Shown: positions 17,145-28,030 of the stretch, in pieces
Numbering within the stretch: position 1 is the stretch's first letter
How the letters are laid out: the number at the start of each line of letters is the position of its first letter
Assembly (NCBI GenBank): GCA_964390845.1
Contig: CAYMIL010000003.1
Span: 4,425 to 68,424 of the forward strand
Direction of reading: 5' to 3'
Source: an uncultured Candidatus Saccharibacteria bacterium
Lineage (GTDB): Bacteria > Patescibacteriota > Minisyncoccia > Phycocordibacterales > CALRHW01
Length of the DNA stretch: 64,000 nt
Position numbers and translations under genes: made by a program
Notes under the pieces: generated by a model
What the model saw: only the letters and a program-made list of their open reading frames with translations
Told to the model about the DNA's origin: nothing
Databases searched by the model: none

Positions 17145-19028
17145 TTAGACTCCAAGTACCACAGGGATAACAATTGGCTTCTTTGCGGTGCGCTGGAAGA
17201 GGAAGCGAGTAACTGAATCAGCAATATTTTCCTTTACGTAATCGAAGTTGATTGGATTCATGCCGACAGTCGTGTCTTCCACGGTCTTTTTGATAAGTGT
17301 GCGTGCCTCCTGAAGCAAATCCTGAGATTCGCGCAAATAAATGAATCCTCGAGAAATGATGTCGGGGGACTTTCGGAGCTTTCCTGTCTTGAGGTTGACG
17401 CTTGCGATGATGACAAACATGCCGTCTTCCGCGAGCATTTTTCTGTCACGCATCACAACTTCCTGCACGTCTCCGACAGAGAATCCATCTACCATCACCA
17501 TACTGTTTGGGGCAGACTCTTTGAGCTTTACGATTTTTTCACCCTTGTCCTGTATTTCAATAATAGAGCCGTTGTCTGGTACAACAATATGGTCTTCTGG
17601 CATGCCAAGTGATTCTACGAGCTGAGCATGAAGACGTAGGCGATAGTGGTTGCCGTGAATAGGCATAAAGAATTTCGGATTGATCTTCTTAAACATCCAT
17701 TCAAGCTCGCCGCGGTTGCCGTGGCCTGTGGAGTGGATGTACACATCGGATGTTCGATAGTGAATGATTTTGGCACCCTGTCGCGCGATATTGTCTTTGA
17801 GTTTTTCTACCTTCTTTTCATTGCCAGGAACGATAGATGAAGAGAGCAACACGGTATCACGTTTCGTAAGTTGGAAGTTTTTGTGGTTTTTTGTCGCCAT
17901 GCGCATAAGACCAGAAAACTCTTCTCCCTGTGCACCCGTTGCGAGAATAACAATCTTGTCTGGTGGGTACTTTTCCACGTCTTCGGTAGGAATCATCGTT
18001 TCCTTTTTAGGGTTAAACATTCCTGCCGCCTTTGCGATTTCAAGATTTGTTTTCATGCTTCGGCCTTCTACGGCGACACGTTTTCCATAGTGTTCTGACA
18101 CTTCGATAATTTTGATGAGGCGCTCGAGGGTAGAAGCAAAGGTGCCGATAATAAGACGCCCTTTAATATTTTTAATGATATCCTCGAGATTTTTGTGAAC
18201 GATTTTTTCTGGTGTTGAAAAACCAGGGTTTTCAACGTTTGTTGAGTCGTTCATAAAGAGAAGTACCTTTTCTTTTTCAAATCGTTTGTACTCTTTCTCT
18301 TCTGCTTCTGTTGGCATGCCGTCATTGTGGTCGAGTTTTGGGTCGCCGGCATTGACGATGCATCCGTATGGAGTTTCGATAATTACACCCATTGAGTCTG
18401 GAATCGTGTGGGACACTGAAAAGAATCGGACAGGGAGATTGCCGAGGCGGATGCGCTCTTCTTTTTCCACGGTAACGATTTCAAACGGTGGAAACTGAGG
18501 AAACTCTTCCTGTCGCTTTTTGATCATGAGTGTCGTGAGCTGACGGGAGTAGAGTGGCGGGTTGCCGATACGTGGCATGATAAATGGAATACCGCCGATA
18601 TGATCGAGGTGGCCGTGAGTGATGATGACCGCGCGGATTTTATCTTTTCGATCTTCGAGGTACTTTGTGTTTGGGAGAATGTAGTCTACGCCCGGAGTAC
18701 CTTCTTCTTTAAATTGAAAGCCCATATCGATGACAATGATGTCATTGCCAAACTCTACGGCTGTCATGTTTCGGCCGATTTCTTCAACGCCTCCAAGTGG
18801 GATGATGCGCACATTGTCACCAAGTGGTGGAATGGTGTCTTCGTGTTTTCTTTGCTGAGGACGTTGTCCGCCCGCGTCTCGTCGCATAGCGCTTGGGCTT
18901 CCGCGCATACCAGCGACGGGTCGTCGTCCCATATTACCTCCGCGAGATCGTCGGCGAGGTCGTTCTCCGCGTGATCGCGGTGCGGACGAAGAAAATGCTC
19001 GTCGCGGTGTTTCTTGTGATTGTTCCAT
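17145..19028 (-). CDS. rnj: ribonuclease J with an Arg-rich N-terminal extension
   Basis: Metallo-beta-lactamase HGHLDHIGG motif, beta-CASP and C-terminal domain; about 70-aa R/G/P-rich N-terminus. Confidence 0.9.
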   Translation of the reverse strand: MEQSQETPRRAFSSSAPRSRGERPRRRSRGGNMGRRPVAGMRGSPSAMRRDAGGQRPQQRKHEDTIPPLGDNVRIIPLGGVEEIGRNMTAVEFGNDIIVIDMGFQFKEEGTPGVDYILPNTKYLEDRKDKIRAVIITHGHLDHIGGIPFIMPRIGNPPLYSRQLTTLMIKKRQEEFPQFPPFEIVTVEKEERIRLGNLPVRFFSVSHTIPDSMGVIIETPYGCIVNAGDPKLDHNDGMPTEAEEKEYKRFEKEKVLLFMNDSTNVENPGFSTPEKIVHKNLEDIIKNIKGRLIIGTFASTLERLIKIIEVSEHYGKRVAVEGRSMKTNLEIAKAAGMFNPKKETMIPTEDVEKYPPDKIVILATGAQGEEFSGLMRMATKNHKNFQLTKRDTVLLSSSIVPGNEKKVEKLKDNIARQGAKIIHYRTSDVYIHSTGHGNRGELEWMFKKINPKFFMPIHGNHYRLRLHAQLVESLGMPEDHIVVPDNGSIIEIQDKGEKIVKLKESAPNSMVMVDGFSVGDVQEVVMRDRKMLAEDGMFVIIASVNLKTGKLRKSPDIISRGFIYLRESQDLLQEARTLIKKTVEDTTVGMNPINFDYVKENIADSVTRFLFQRTAKKPIVIPVVLGV

Positions 19029-19058
19029 TGTCAGTTGTTCTTTATGTCTTACTAATGA

Positions 19059-20759
19059 TTAATTATTTGATGAAAATATTTTCCACACCCGATTTGTTTC
19101 TATATACCACTCGTACACATTCATAAATCGTTCTGCCGGACTGATTGCTTGACCGAGTTTCAGATTTTTGACCTTTGAAGGTACCAAGTATATGAAGTCG
19201 GGTGAATATGTAAACACCGCAGGCATGTCTTCCTTGAGAAGATCGACGAATGCATCGTACTTCTCTTCACGCAAAGCTGGGTCTGTAATTGCTCGCATTT
19301 CCTCAAGCAATCTGTCGGCTTTGATATTTGCGTAGAGTGCAATATTGAGGCCGGGGTCGTTGCGTTGAGATGCATGCCAGAACGGATACAGGTCCGAATC
19401 TCGGCCAATCACTTCACCAAACAAGAGTGCGTCGTACTTTCGTGGGCGAATGATGTTTTGATTGAGATCACTTGTTTCAAATACGCGAATCTCAACATCT
19501 GCGCCGATTTTTTCCCATGCTTCTTTGATGAGTACAGCCGCTTCTTTAAGCTCTGGCGCATCGCCTGTAGAGATAGAGAAGGCGAGTGATACTGTTTCAT
19601 TTCCGCTTTTCTTCTCCATAATACCCGTGTCTGGATTTTGTTTCCAGCCGTTGCGTGTGAGTATGTCTCGTGCCTGTTGCGCGCGCTCCTCACTCGATGA
19701 TGCGGTTTCCGCAACGGAATTTGAGGATGGTCCGTCTATTGGTGTTCCGTATCCGCTCAATACCTCGCCGACAATGCGGTCTCGGTCGATCGCTGTATCG
19801 AGTGCAATGCGTACTTCACGGCGTGTAAAGAGAGGTGCTTGGTTTTGGTTGAAAAATACACCAAAGACGCGTGGAAGCGGCGCGTGCATAATTGTCGTAT
19901 CTTTTCGGACAATCGAATCAACTTGCTGTGGCGGAACGCCATGGACGCTGTCGACAGATCCGTCGGTGTATGCCTCAAGTGCATCTTCTTCGTTCATGTA
20001 AAAGCGAAGGGTGATGTGCTCTATGTATGGTTCTCCCAGAGTATACTTACTAAATGGCACGAGGTCGTAGTATACAGGAAGGCCTCCAGAATTTCTTTTT
20101 ACTTTCTTAAGTTTGTATGGACCAGAACCGATGGGTTCGGTGTTAAGAAGACTTGCGACAAACTGATCAGAATCAAGGCTACCCCACATGTGCTGAGGGA
20201 GAATACCCATGGTGAGATTTTCGATAAAAGGAGCGTATGGTTGTTTGAGGGTAAACTTTATTGTCTTCTCATCTATTTTTTGCACGAGCACGCCGTCCCA
20301 GTTGACTCGCTTCGGGCTTTTGATGCTATTGTCCTGTGCTTTGCGTACGGTAAATTCTACATCGCTCGCGGTCACTGGTGTGCCATCATGGAACACTGCG
20401 TCGTCTCGAATAACGACAGTGTACTCAAGGCCGTCTGGGGAGATAGTGTATTCCTTGCTGAGGTCATTGATGATACCGCCTTCTGGTGTTGCACGAAGCA
20501 GGCCTGAATATATGAGAGAGGTGAGGTCTTCGTCTGCGTCAGAGAGTGCAAGTATTGGGTTGATAAAGCGAGGTGATCCGACAACCGCTTCTTGAAGTGA
20601 GCCACCACGGCGCGGTACTTTTGTGAGAATATGCGAATTGAGACCCCATACAATCAAAAAGCCGGTAATGCACAGAAGGGCAAAAAAGAATACAAACAAG
20701 AGGCGTTCTGTGGTTGAGAACGTTCGTACTGCGTGAAATATTTTTTTTGAGAAGGGCAT
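19059..20759 (-). CDS. ABC transporter substrate-binding protein, family 5 (peptide/nickel type)
   Basis: N-terminal TM/signal sequence, SBP_bac_5-like length and motifs (for example IRVFETSD); start taken at M9 of the track ORF. Confidence 0.75.
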   Translation of the reverse strand: MPFSKKIFHAVRTFSTTERLLFVFFFALLCITGFLIVWGLNSHILTKVPRRGGSLQEAVVGSPRFINPILALSDADEDLTSLIYSGLLRATPEGGIINDLSKEYTISPDGLEYTVVIRDDAVFHDGTPVTASDVEFTVRKAQDNSIKSPKRVNWDGVLVQKIDEKTIKFTLKQPYAPFIENLTMGILPQHMWGSLDSDQFVASLLNTEPIGSGPYKLKKVKRNSGGLPVYYDLVPFSKYTLGEPYIEHITLRFYMNEEDALEAYTDGSVDSVHGVPPQQVDSIVRKDTTIMHAPLPRVFGVFFNQNQAPLFTRREVRIALDTAIDRDRIVGEVLSGYGTPIDGPSSNSVAETASSSEERAQQARDILTRNGWKQNPDTGIMEKKSGNETVSLAFSISTGDAPELKEAAVLIKEAWEKIGADVEIRVFETSDLNQNIIRPRKYDALLFGEVIGRDSDLYPFWHASQRNDPGLNIALYANIKADRLLEEMRAITDPALREEKYDAFVDLLKEDMPAVFTYSPDFIYLVPSKVKNLKLGQAISPAERFMNVYEWYIETNRVWKIFSSNN

Positions 20760-20801
20760 ATGCGCCCGATTTCGAGAGGTCATAAGCCGATATGGCTGAT
20801 C

Positions 20802-21032
20802 CTACACAAACAGAGAGAAGAACGCTGAGGCGATGAAAAGGCCAGCTATAACGATGGTTGAGTTAAACAAGACTTTTTCGAGTCCTCGTCGAGCATGGTG
20901 GCCAGATGAGAATCCATCTCCGCCAAACGCACTTCCGAGCCCTGCTTCCGATCGCTGTACGACAACAAGCGCGACAAGAACGATTGAAAGCACAATCTGT
21001 ATATAGGGAAGTATTGAAGCAATAAAGCTCAT
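20802..21032 (-). CDS. secG: preprotein translocase subunit SecG
   Basis: GLGSAFGG...RRG motif and two TM helices; extended -10 box TGTATAAT 7 nt upstream of the internal ATG (leaderless-like); upstream part of the track ORF rejected. Confidence 0.75.
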   Translation of the reverse strand: MSFIASILPYIQIVLSIVLVALVVVQRSEAGLGSAFGGDGFSSGHHARRGLEKVLFNSTIVIAGLFIASAFFSLFV

Positions 21033-21141
21033 TCCAGAGATTATACAAGCTTGGTTGAAAAAAGCAACTATCTCGGAACCTACCACTTCGGTGAACTTTT
21101 TGGTACTATAGTGCCACATTATAAGTAATATGTTCACTGCT

Positions 21142-21462
21142 ATGGCAAAAAAGACCAAGGCAATAACGAAGATCATGCCGCTCGGCGACCGTGTCCTCGT
21201 GCGGCCGTTTACTGCAGATGATATGGCGCCAAAGAAGTCCTTCGGCATCATTATCCCGGACACTGTTCAGAAAGAAAAACCGGAGCAGGGTGAGGTGGTT
21301 GCTGTAGGCGAAGGGCGTCGTGAAGACGGCAAGCTGATCCCCGTTCGCGTAAAGGTGGGCGATACAATACTTTTTTCCCGATATGGTTTTGAAGATGTTC
21401 GTGTTGATGATAAGGAGTTTTATATTCTCAAAGAAGAAAATATTTTAGCGATTATTAAATAA
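21142..21462 (+). CDS. groES: co-chaperonin GroES
   Basis: IMPLGDRVLV...GEVVAVG GroES signature. Confidence 0.9.
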   Translation: MAKKTKAITKIMPLGDRVLVRPFTADDMAPKKSFGIIIPDTVQKEKPEQGEVVAVGEGRREDGKLIPVRVKVGDTILFSRYGFEDVRVDDKEFYILKEENILAIIK

Positions 21463-23112
<1,650 letters not shown>

Positions 23113-23114
23113 AT

Positions 23115-23675
23115 ATGACTACATACATTATTCTCGGCGTTGTTGCTATCGTTGCCATCTGGTTTGTTGTTGCATATAACGGCTTCGTGAGGCTCGTACA
23201 TCGCGCGAAAGAAGCGTGGTCGGATATCGAGGTCCAGCTCAAACGTCGCTACGATCTTATTCCAAATCTTGTCAGCACGGTGCAGGGATACGCAGAACAT
23301 GAAAAAGGTGCGTTTGAAAATGTGACGAAAGCGCGAGCGGCCGCTTTGGGCGCGAGCGCGGGCTCTATGGCGCAAAAAGGTCAGGCGGAAAATATGCTCA
23401 CGGATGCACTCAAAAGTGTGTTTGCTGTTGCAGAAGCATACCCAGACTTGAAAGCAAATCAAAACTTCCTTGAGCTTCAGCGTGAGCTTTCTGATACGGA
23501 AAATAAAATTCAGGCGGCGCGACGTTTCTACAATACCAACGTACGCGATCTCAATATCGGAATTGAATCATTCCCAGGCAATGTCATCGCTGGCATCTTC
23601 AAATTTTCCAAGATGGAACTTTTTGATCTACCAGATAGTGCTCCTGCGCAAGAGCCTGTGTCAGTAAAATTCTAA
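23115..23675 (+). CDS. lemA: LemA family protein
   Basis: N-terminal TM helix and the LemA WSDIEVQLKRRYDLIPNLV motif. Confidence 0.85.
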   Translation: MTTYIILGVVAIVAIWFVVAYNGFVRLVHRAKEAWSDIEVQLKRRYDLIPNLVSTVQGYAEHEKGAFENVTKARAAALGASAGSMAQKGQAENMLTDALKSVFAVAEAYPDLKANQNFLELQRELSDTENKIQAARRFYNTNVRDLNIGIESFPGNVIAGIFKFSKMELFDLPDSAPAQEPVSVKF

Positions 23676-23716
23676 CAACAAAACACACTCTCGACAGAGA
23701 GTGTGTTTTGTTGTAG
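23676..23716 (+). terminator. rho-independent terminator
   Basis: CAACAAAACACACTCTC-gaca-GAGAGTGTGTTTTGTTG long perfect palindrome. Confidence 0.8.
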
Positions 23717-23799
23717 TATTCCTCGTCAGAACGTAGGAGTGTGTGCACGTGGCTTCGTGGTCTGTGCATACTACTCACCTAATAGTGAAGGAGGAACTC

Positions 23800-24375
23800 A
23801 TGTCTTTTCTAGACCGAGTGGCGCCGTCCATGCGACGCATGATTGCATGTGGCCGTGTCCCAAGAAGGCTCGTCTATGAGTACGCGCGACGCCGTGGTGT
23901 CGACGCAGATCTGATGCTTCGCTACGATAGGTGGTTGCGCTTCTACAGCGCGCTTCACCTGCCCGTGTCACTGCTGAAGCCCTTTGCGTGCTTGGATACC
24001 GTGCGCACGTGGAGAGCGTGCATCGATGACCTGCTCGTGATGTACTGCTTGCTTGAGATTCCTCTCGGCAAGCCCGTCAACTTCACGCAGATTGACAATG
24101 CTGTCGAGGAGAGTCTCGTCAACAACCGTGTCGCTGTCCTTGTACACGGTCGTCTCGCTCGTGAGAAGGAGCTCGCGTCGAAACATGAGGATGTCGTCAA
24201 GGTTCTCGATAATGAATTCAGTGAGCGCTACGCACTCTATCAGTCGTTCAGTCTCGTTGGTGATATGGGTTGCTACGCTCACAGGGCGCGAATCGTGTTT
24301 TGGCAGAACCCCGATGACCCTGGGGGCAGGCTCACGGATTTGCTCAAGGAAGAAATCAACCGCAAGGTCAACTAA
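23800..24375 (+). CDS. hypothetical protein (GC-rich island)
   Basis: GAAGGAGG SD plus spacer before the ATG at 23800; no recognisable domain; followed by a hairpin plus T-run. Confidence 0.5.
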   Translation: MSFLDRVAPSMRRMIACGRVPRRLVYEYARRRGVDADLMLRYDRWLRFYSALHLPVSLLKPFACLDTVRTWRACIDDLLVMYCLLEIPLGKPVNFTQIDNAVEESLVNNRVAVLVHGRLAREKELASKHEDVVKVLDNEFSERYALYQSFSLVGDMGCYAHRARIVFWQNPDDPGGRLTDLLKEEINRKVN

Positions 24376-24376
24376 T

Positions 24377-24414
24377 CCCCATTGTCGCAGAAGCGGCAAT
24401 GGGGTTCTCTTTTG
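24377..24414 (+). terminator. probable rho-independent terminator
   Basis: CCCCATTG...CAATGGGG stem followed by TTCTCTTTTG. Confidence 0.5.
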
Positions 24415-24446
24415 TATTTTCAAAACAGGTGCTCTATAATTCCCGC

Positions 24447-25343
24447 ATGAACATCTATAAACACCAGAGTTCCAATGTGCTCAAAACATGGGCGCTCATG
24501 ACAGTGTTTTTCATTGTCATCATCGCGCTCGGTTGGTTTTTTGGCGTCGCATACAATAGTCCAGGTATTTTATATGTCGCTGTCTTCTTTAGTATCGCGA
24601 TGAACATTGGCGCGTATTGGTTTTCAGACAAACTTGTGCTCAAGATGTATCGTGCTGTACCAGCGACGCGTGAAGAACATCGCGAGTTGTGGAATATTGT
24701 TGAAAATCTATCTATCACTGCCGGCTTGCCTATGCCGAAGGTCTATATTATTCCTGACGTATCACCAAATGCTTTTGCAACTGGTCGAAATAAAGAGCAT
24801 GCGGTTGTCGCGGTAACGAGTGGTTTGTTGCAGATTCTTGAGCGCAATGAGCTTGAGGGTGTAATCGCACACGAGTTGTCCCATATTGGCAATCGAGACA
24901 TGCTACTCTCTACGGTGGTGGTCGTGCTTGTCGGTTTCATTTCAATTCTGTCGGATATGTTTTTGCGCGCGAGAATGTTTGGTGTGGGACATCGTGATAG
25001 TGATCGTGGCAACGTGGGCGGTATTATTGTATTGCTCGGCATCGTGTTTTCGATTGTCTCACCGATTGTTGCTCTTCTTATTCAGCTCGCTATTTCTCGC
25101 AAGCGAGAATTTCTCGCTGATGCTTCGGCTGCACTCCTTACACGGTATCCAGAAGGTCTTGCGTCCGCACTTCTAAAAATTTCTGCGTATGGCGCGCGCG
25201 CACCAATGCGTCGCGCTACCAATGCGACAGCCCACCTCTTTATTGCAAATCCTTTTGGTGCGCGCGCTCATGCACTAGGTAAACTTTTTATGACACATCC
25301 GCCTGTAGAAGAGCGTGTTGCTGTGTTGCGGGGAATGAAGTAA
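24447..25343 (+). CDS. htpX: protease HtpX (M48 family)
   Basis: HELSH zinc motif, four TM segments, typical HtpX length from the internal ATG. Confidence 0.9.
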   Translation: MNIYKHQSSNVLKTWALMTVFFIVIIALGWFFGVAYNSPGILYVAVFFSIAMNIGAYWFSDKLVLKMYRAVPATREEHRELWNIVENLSITAGLPMPKVYIIPDVSPNAFATGRNKEHAVVAVTSGLLQILERNELEGVIAHELSHIGNRDMLLSTVVVVLVGFISILSDMFLRARMFGVGHRDSDRGNVGGIIVLLGIVFSIVSPIVALLIQLAISRKREFLADASAALLTRYPEGLASALLKISAYGARAPMRRATNATAHLFIANPFGARAHALGKLFMTHPPVEERVAVLRGMK

Positions 25344-25357
25344 GTGTAATAAAAAAC

Positions 25358-25393
25358 GAGACCCCTCCGCGATGTCCGCGGTAGGGGTCTTTG
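25358..25393. terminator. bidirectional terminator hairpin between convergent genes
   Basis: GAGACCCCT-ccgcgatgtccgcgg-TAGGGGTCT with an A-run upstream and TTTGTGTG downstream. Confidence 0.65.
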
Positions 25394-25408
25394 TGTGAGA
25401 TGTGATGC

Positions 25409-25972
25409 TCACTGCTGAGCACGAATGATGGCCGCGTCAACCGTCTGCTGGAGGGTCCGCACTCGAGGCCAGCACTCCGGGCTCTCTCGCACGGCCTCTC
25501 GGAAGTTGTGCGTGATCTCGCGCTGGCCCGGAAAGTCCTCCTCCATGCCGATGACGACACGTCTGTGGTGTTCGAACATCAGGTGTCCACGCCACTCGCC
25601 GAGTTCGCCTCGGGTGTCCTGCGCGTATGGGCCTTCTGCTGGGTCGCGTGGGACGGTCTTGGACTCGCAGGGGAGCCAGAACATGAGGCACCCCTTGCGA
25701 GACGCAAACTCCATCCACCGACGCTCCCACTTGATGTGGTGCACCGGCTCAGGGTTTGAGTTTGGGGTGATCTCGTGTGCACGGATCGGATGGTCACTCG
25801 GATAGGAAACGGGGATCACGAGCGTGCACGAAAGCGAGTACCGCGAGAAGATCTTGTGACACTCGCTCTGCCAGTCGTTGCCTCCGCGCACAGGCCCAGC
25901 CAGGAAAAAGACATGACCAGGCGGGTTGATCGATTCGGGCATCGTCTTCGGAAGAACAATTTTCGCCGACAT
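25409..25972 (-). CDS. nucleoside 2-deoxyribosyltransferase-like (DNPH1/Rcl-type fold) protein, tentative
   Basis: VFFLAGPVRG...W N-terminal motif and a downstream VVIGMEED region resemble the N-deoxyribosyltransferase-like superfamily; GC-rich. Confidence 0.4.
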   Translation of the reverse strand: MSAKIVLPKTMPESINPPGHVFFLAGPVRGGNDWQSECHKIFSRYSLSCTLVIPVSYPSDHPIRAHEITPNSNPEPVHHIKWERRWMEFASRKGCLMFWLPCESKTVPRDPAEGPYAQDTRGELGEWRGHLMFEHHRRVVIGMEEDFPGQREITHNFREAVRESPECWPRVRTLQQTVDAAIIRAQQ

Positions 25973-26107
25973 GGTGCTCCCTTCGAAAGTGGTGAACGGG
26001 TGGGGATTGCGTGTCAGAAACCAGTGTCTACCGTAGCATACGTGCAGTAGCGCGTCTATAGTATTGTGTTGTCTGTGAGTTGATTTCGCGCTATTGTTGT
26101 CTGCATT

Positions 26108-26197
26108 GGAAAGATGCCAGAGCGGTCGAATGGGCCACCCTGGAAAGGTGGTATATCCGAAAGGGTATCGAGGGTTCGAATCCCTCTCTTTCCGCCA
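26108..26197 (+). tRNA. tRNA-Ser (anticodon GGA), long variable arm, CCA encoded
   Basis: Acceptor GGAAAGA/TCTTTCC, anticodon loop CUGGAAA, 18-nt variable arm, GGTTCGAATCC T-arm, G-CCA end. Confidence 0.85.
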
Positions 26198-26288
26198 ATT
26201 TCGTATCTATTGAACAAAACCCGCCTTTGCGGTACTGTGTTTTTGGAAGTTTGTACGAGCTAAACCCAATACGAGGAGGTGATGTAAC

Positions 26289-26843
26289 ATGTCGACGCCC
26301 AAGAAGCTTCGCATCCGTCTGCTTGGCGACCCTGTTCTGCGCAGTGTCGCACAGCGTGTCAAAAGTCCACGTCATCCAACAATCCGCAAGATTGTCCGCG
26401 ATCTCGTGCACACCTTTGAGGTGTACGGCGGCGGCGGTCTTTCCGCGCCACAAGTCGGGCACTCTCTGCGCATCATTGTGGTCGGCATTCGGTCATCGCC
26501 GCGCTATCCAGACATCATGCCGACTAGGCGTCACGTCATGATCAACCCTGTATTCCTGACGAAGTCTTACTCTGTGGAGGATGGACCAGAGGGGTGCGTG
26601 AGCTTGCCGGGGCTCATTGCGTTGAAGGTGCCACGTCACGCCAGTGTGCGCATTCAGTGGACGACGCCTGGGGGTCGTGTCCTGGAAGGCTGTTTTACGG
26701 GCACGTTTGCCCGTATCATCCAGCATGAGATGGACCACCTTGACGGACTCATGTTCACGGACCGCCTCAAGAACAACAAGTCGCTCGTCTCGTGGAAGGG
26801 GTATGAGAAGCTTTGCGCCACCGACAACGTGTCGCAGAAGTGA
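26289..26843 (+). CDS. def: peptide deformylase
   Basis: GLSAPQVG, EGCVSLPG and QHEMDHLDG motifs; GAGGAGG SD; GC-rich. Confidence 0.9.
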   Translation: MSTPKKLRIRLLGDPVLRSVAQRVKSPRHPTIRKIVRDLVHTFEVYGGGGLSAPQVGHSLRIIVVGIRSSPRYPDIMPTRRHVMINPVFLTKSYSVEDGPEGCVSLPGLIALKVPRHASVRIQWTTPGGRVLEGCFTGTFARIIQHEMDHLDGLMFTDRLKNNKSLVSWKGYEKLCATDNVSQK

Positions 26844-26861
26844 TCTTCTTCGCTCAGCGCC

Positions 26862-26904
26862 AACCCGCCTCGCGTCTCTGACGTTGAGGCGGGTTTCTTT
26901 TATT
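26862..26904 (+). terminator. rho-independent terminator
   Basis: AACCCGCCTC-loop-GAGGCGGGTT followed by TCTTTTATT. Confidence 0.75.
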
Positions 26905-26996
26905 GACGCTTATATGCCTCGGGTATACGATGAACTATGAGAATTCTTGGCGCGTTGCCGAGGATATGTTCCTTACCAGATCAGAAGGAGGAGGGT

Positions 26997-27959
26997 ATGG
27001 CAAAAAAGAACCCACTGAGTAGCCCGGTGTTCATGGGCCGCCCATTCCGCATGGCTGTGAAGGGAGGAATGCTTCGGCCTTTCTGCAAGAGCGTCGAGGT
27101 GTTGCCGAAGATTCAGAAGGAGGGAAGGTTTTACACCCTCCATCTCTGCATCAACAAGGGACGCAAGACGCTCTCGTACACCCCAGTCTTGTACCAGTGC
27201 GACCTCGTCGCGCTGTGGCGGAGTGCGCAGGTCATCGAGCGGTTTCGCTCCATTTCGTCTGAGGACATGATGTACGCGTACTGTGCTGTCTACTGGGCAT
27301 CGTACAACGAAGCCTCGGGCATCACGCACGCCAACGACGCACAGTGTGTCACCGAAGTCCGCAAGGTCATCGGCGACGATGAGTTTGTGCGGATCATGCA
27401 AACCCCACCGCCAGAGGACATCATCAAGGCAATCGTGATGGGTGCCGGCGTCAAGAGGAGCCTTTCTCTGACGCCGCTCACCTACGAGTGCAAGCGTGGC
27501 ACGATTTTGTGGAGGAATACGTTTGCTCAGGTGTGCGTCCTGCACCCTGAGACATGGGAAGCTCGACGAGAGAGTCTCAAGGAAATCCTCTACAAGTACG
27601 AACCCGACCTGCACAACTGTGCGGTGGAGGTGCTCGAATCGTTCTCGCGCGACATCAACTGCGTGCCGATGCTTGAGGTGGTCGCTGGAGACATCATCTT
27701 CGACGCGCCCTACGCATCGATCACTCCGCACGTTCTCTGCGCCGCGTCGGCGATTGTGCTTGGGCTTCGTCTTCACACCCAGCGCAAGATCGACAAGGGC
27801 CAGAATGTGAGTGAGCTCGGGTTTCAGGAGGCCGTGCACGCACGCCTCTATGAACGTGCGGTGCTCTGGCTCAAAAGCCGCACTGAACGAAAGGATGAGG
27901 AACGAGTGTTCAAGGAACTCGACTTCGTCTTGGAGCAGACGGTCGCGTGCTCCATCTAG
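26997..27959 (+). CDS. hypothetical protein, 321 aa (GC-rich island)
   Basis: GAAGGAGGAGGG SD before the ATG at 26997; Cys-containing; no recognisable domain. Confidence 0.5.
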   Translation: MAKKNPLSSPVFMGRPFRMAVKGGMLRPFCKSVEVLPKIQKEGRFYTLHLCINKGRKTLSYTPVLYQCDLVALWRSAQVIERFRSISSEDMMYAYCAVYWASYNEASGITHANDAQCVTEVRKVIGDDEFVRIMQTPPPEDIIKAIVMGAGVKRSLSLTPLTYECKRGTILWRNTFAQVCVLHPETWEARRESLKEILYKYEPDLHNCAVEVLESFSRDINCVPMLEVVAGDIIFDAPYASITPHVLCAASAIVLGLRLHTQRKIDKGQNVSELGFQEAVHARLYERAVLWLKSRTERKDEERVFKELDFVLEQTVACSI

Positions 27960-27972
27960 GTTCTCCTTCGAG

Positions 27973-28016
27973 GGGCCGCCACCAGATCGTTTGGTGGCGG
28001 CCCTTTTCTTTTTTCT
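27973..28016 (+). terminator. rho-independent terminator
   Basis: GGGCCGCCACC-agatcgttt-GGTGGCGGCCC followed by a TTTTCTTTTTTC run. Confidence 0.8.
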
Positions 28017-28030
28017 GTTATACTAACGTC

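Noticed and set aside
16359-17216. ORFs 16359..16736, 16875..17216, 16877..17170 and 16885..17085 in alternative frames of the GC-rich island
   Set aside because: Their translations are Arg/Pro/Gly-rich junk and they have no RBS. The frame at 16381 has an SD, a signal peptide and a terminator.
21033-21141. Looked for an HrcA CIRCE element (TTAGCACTC-N9-GAGTGCTAA) upstream of groES
   Set aside because: No inverted repeat resembling CIRCE is present. Only a divergent promoter region for secG and groES could be seen.
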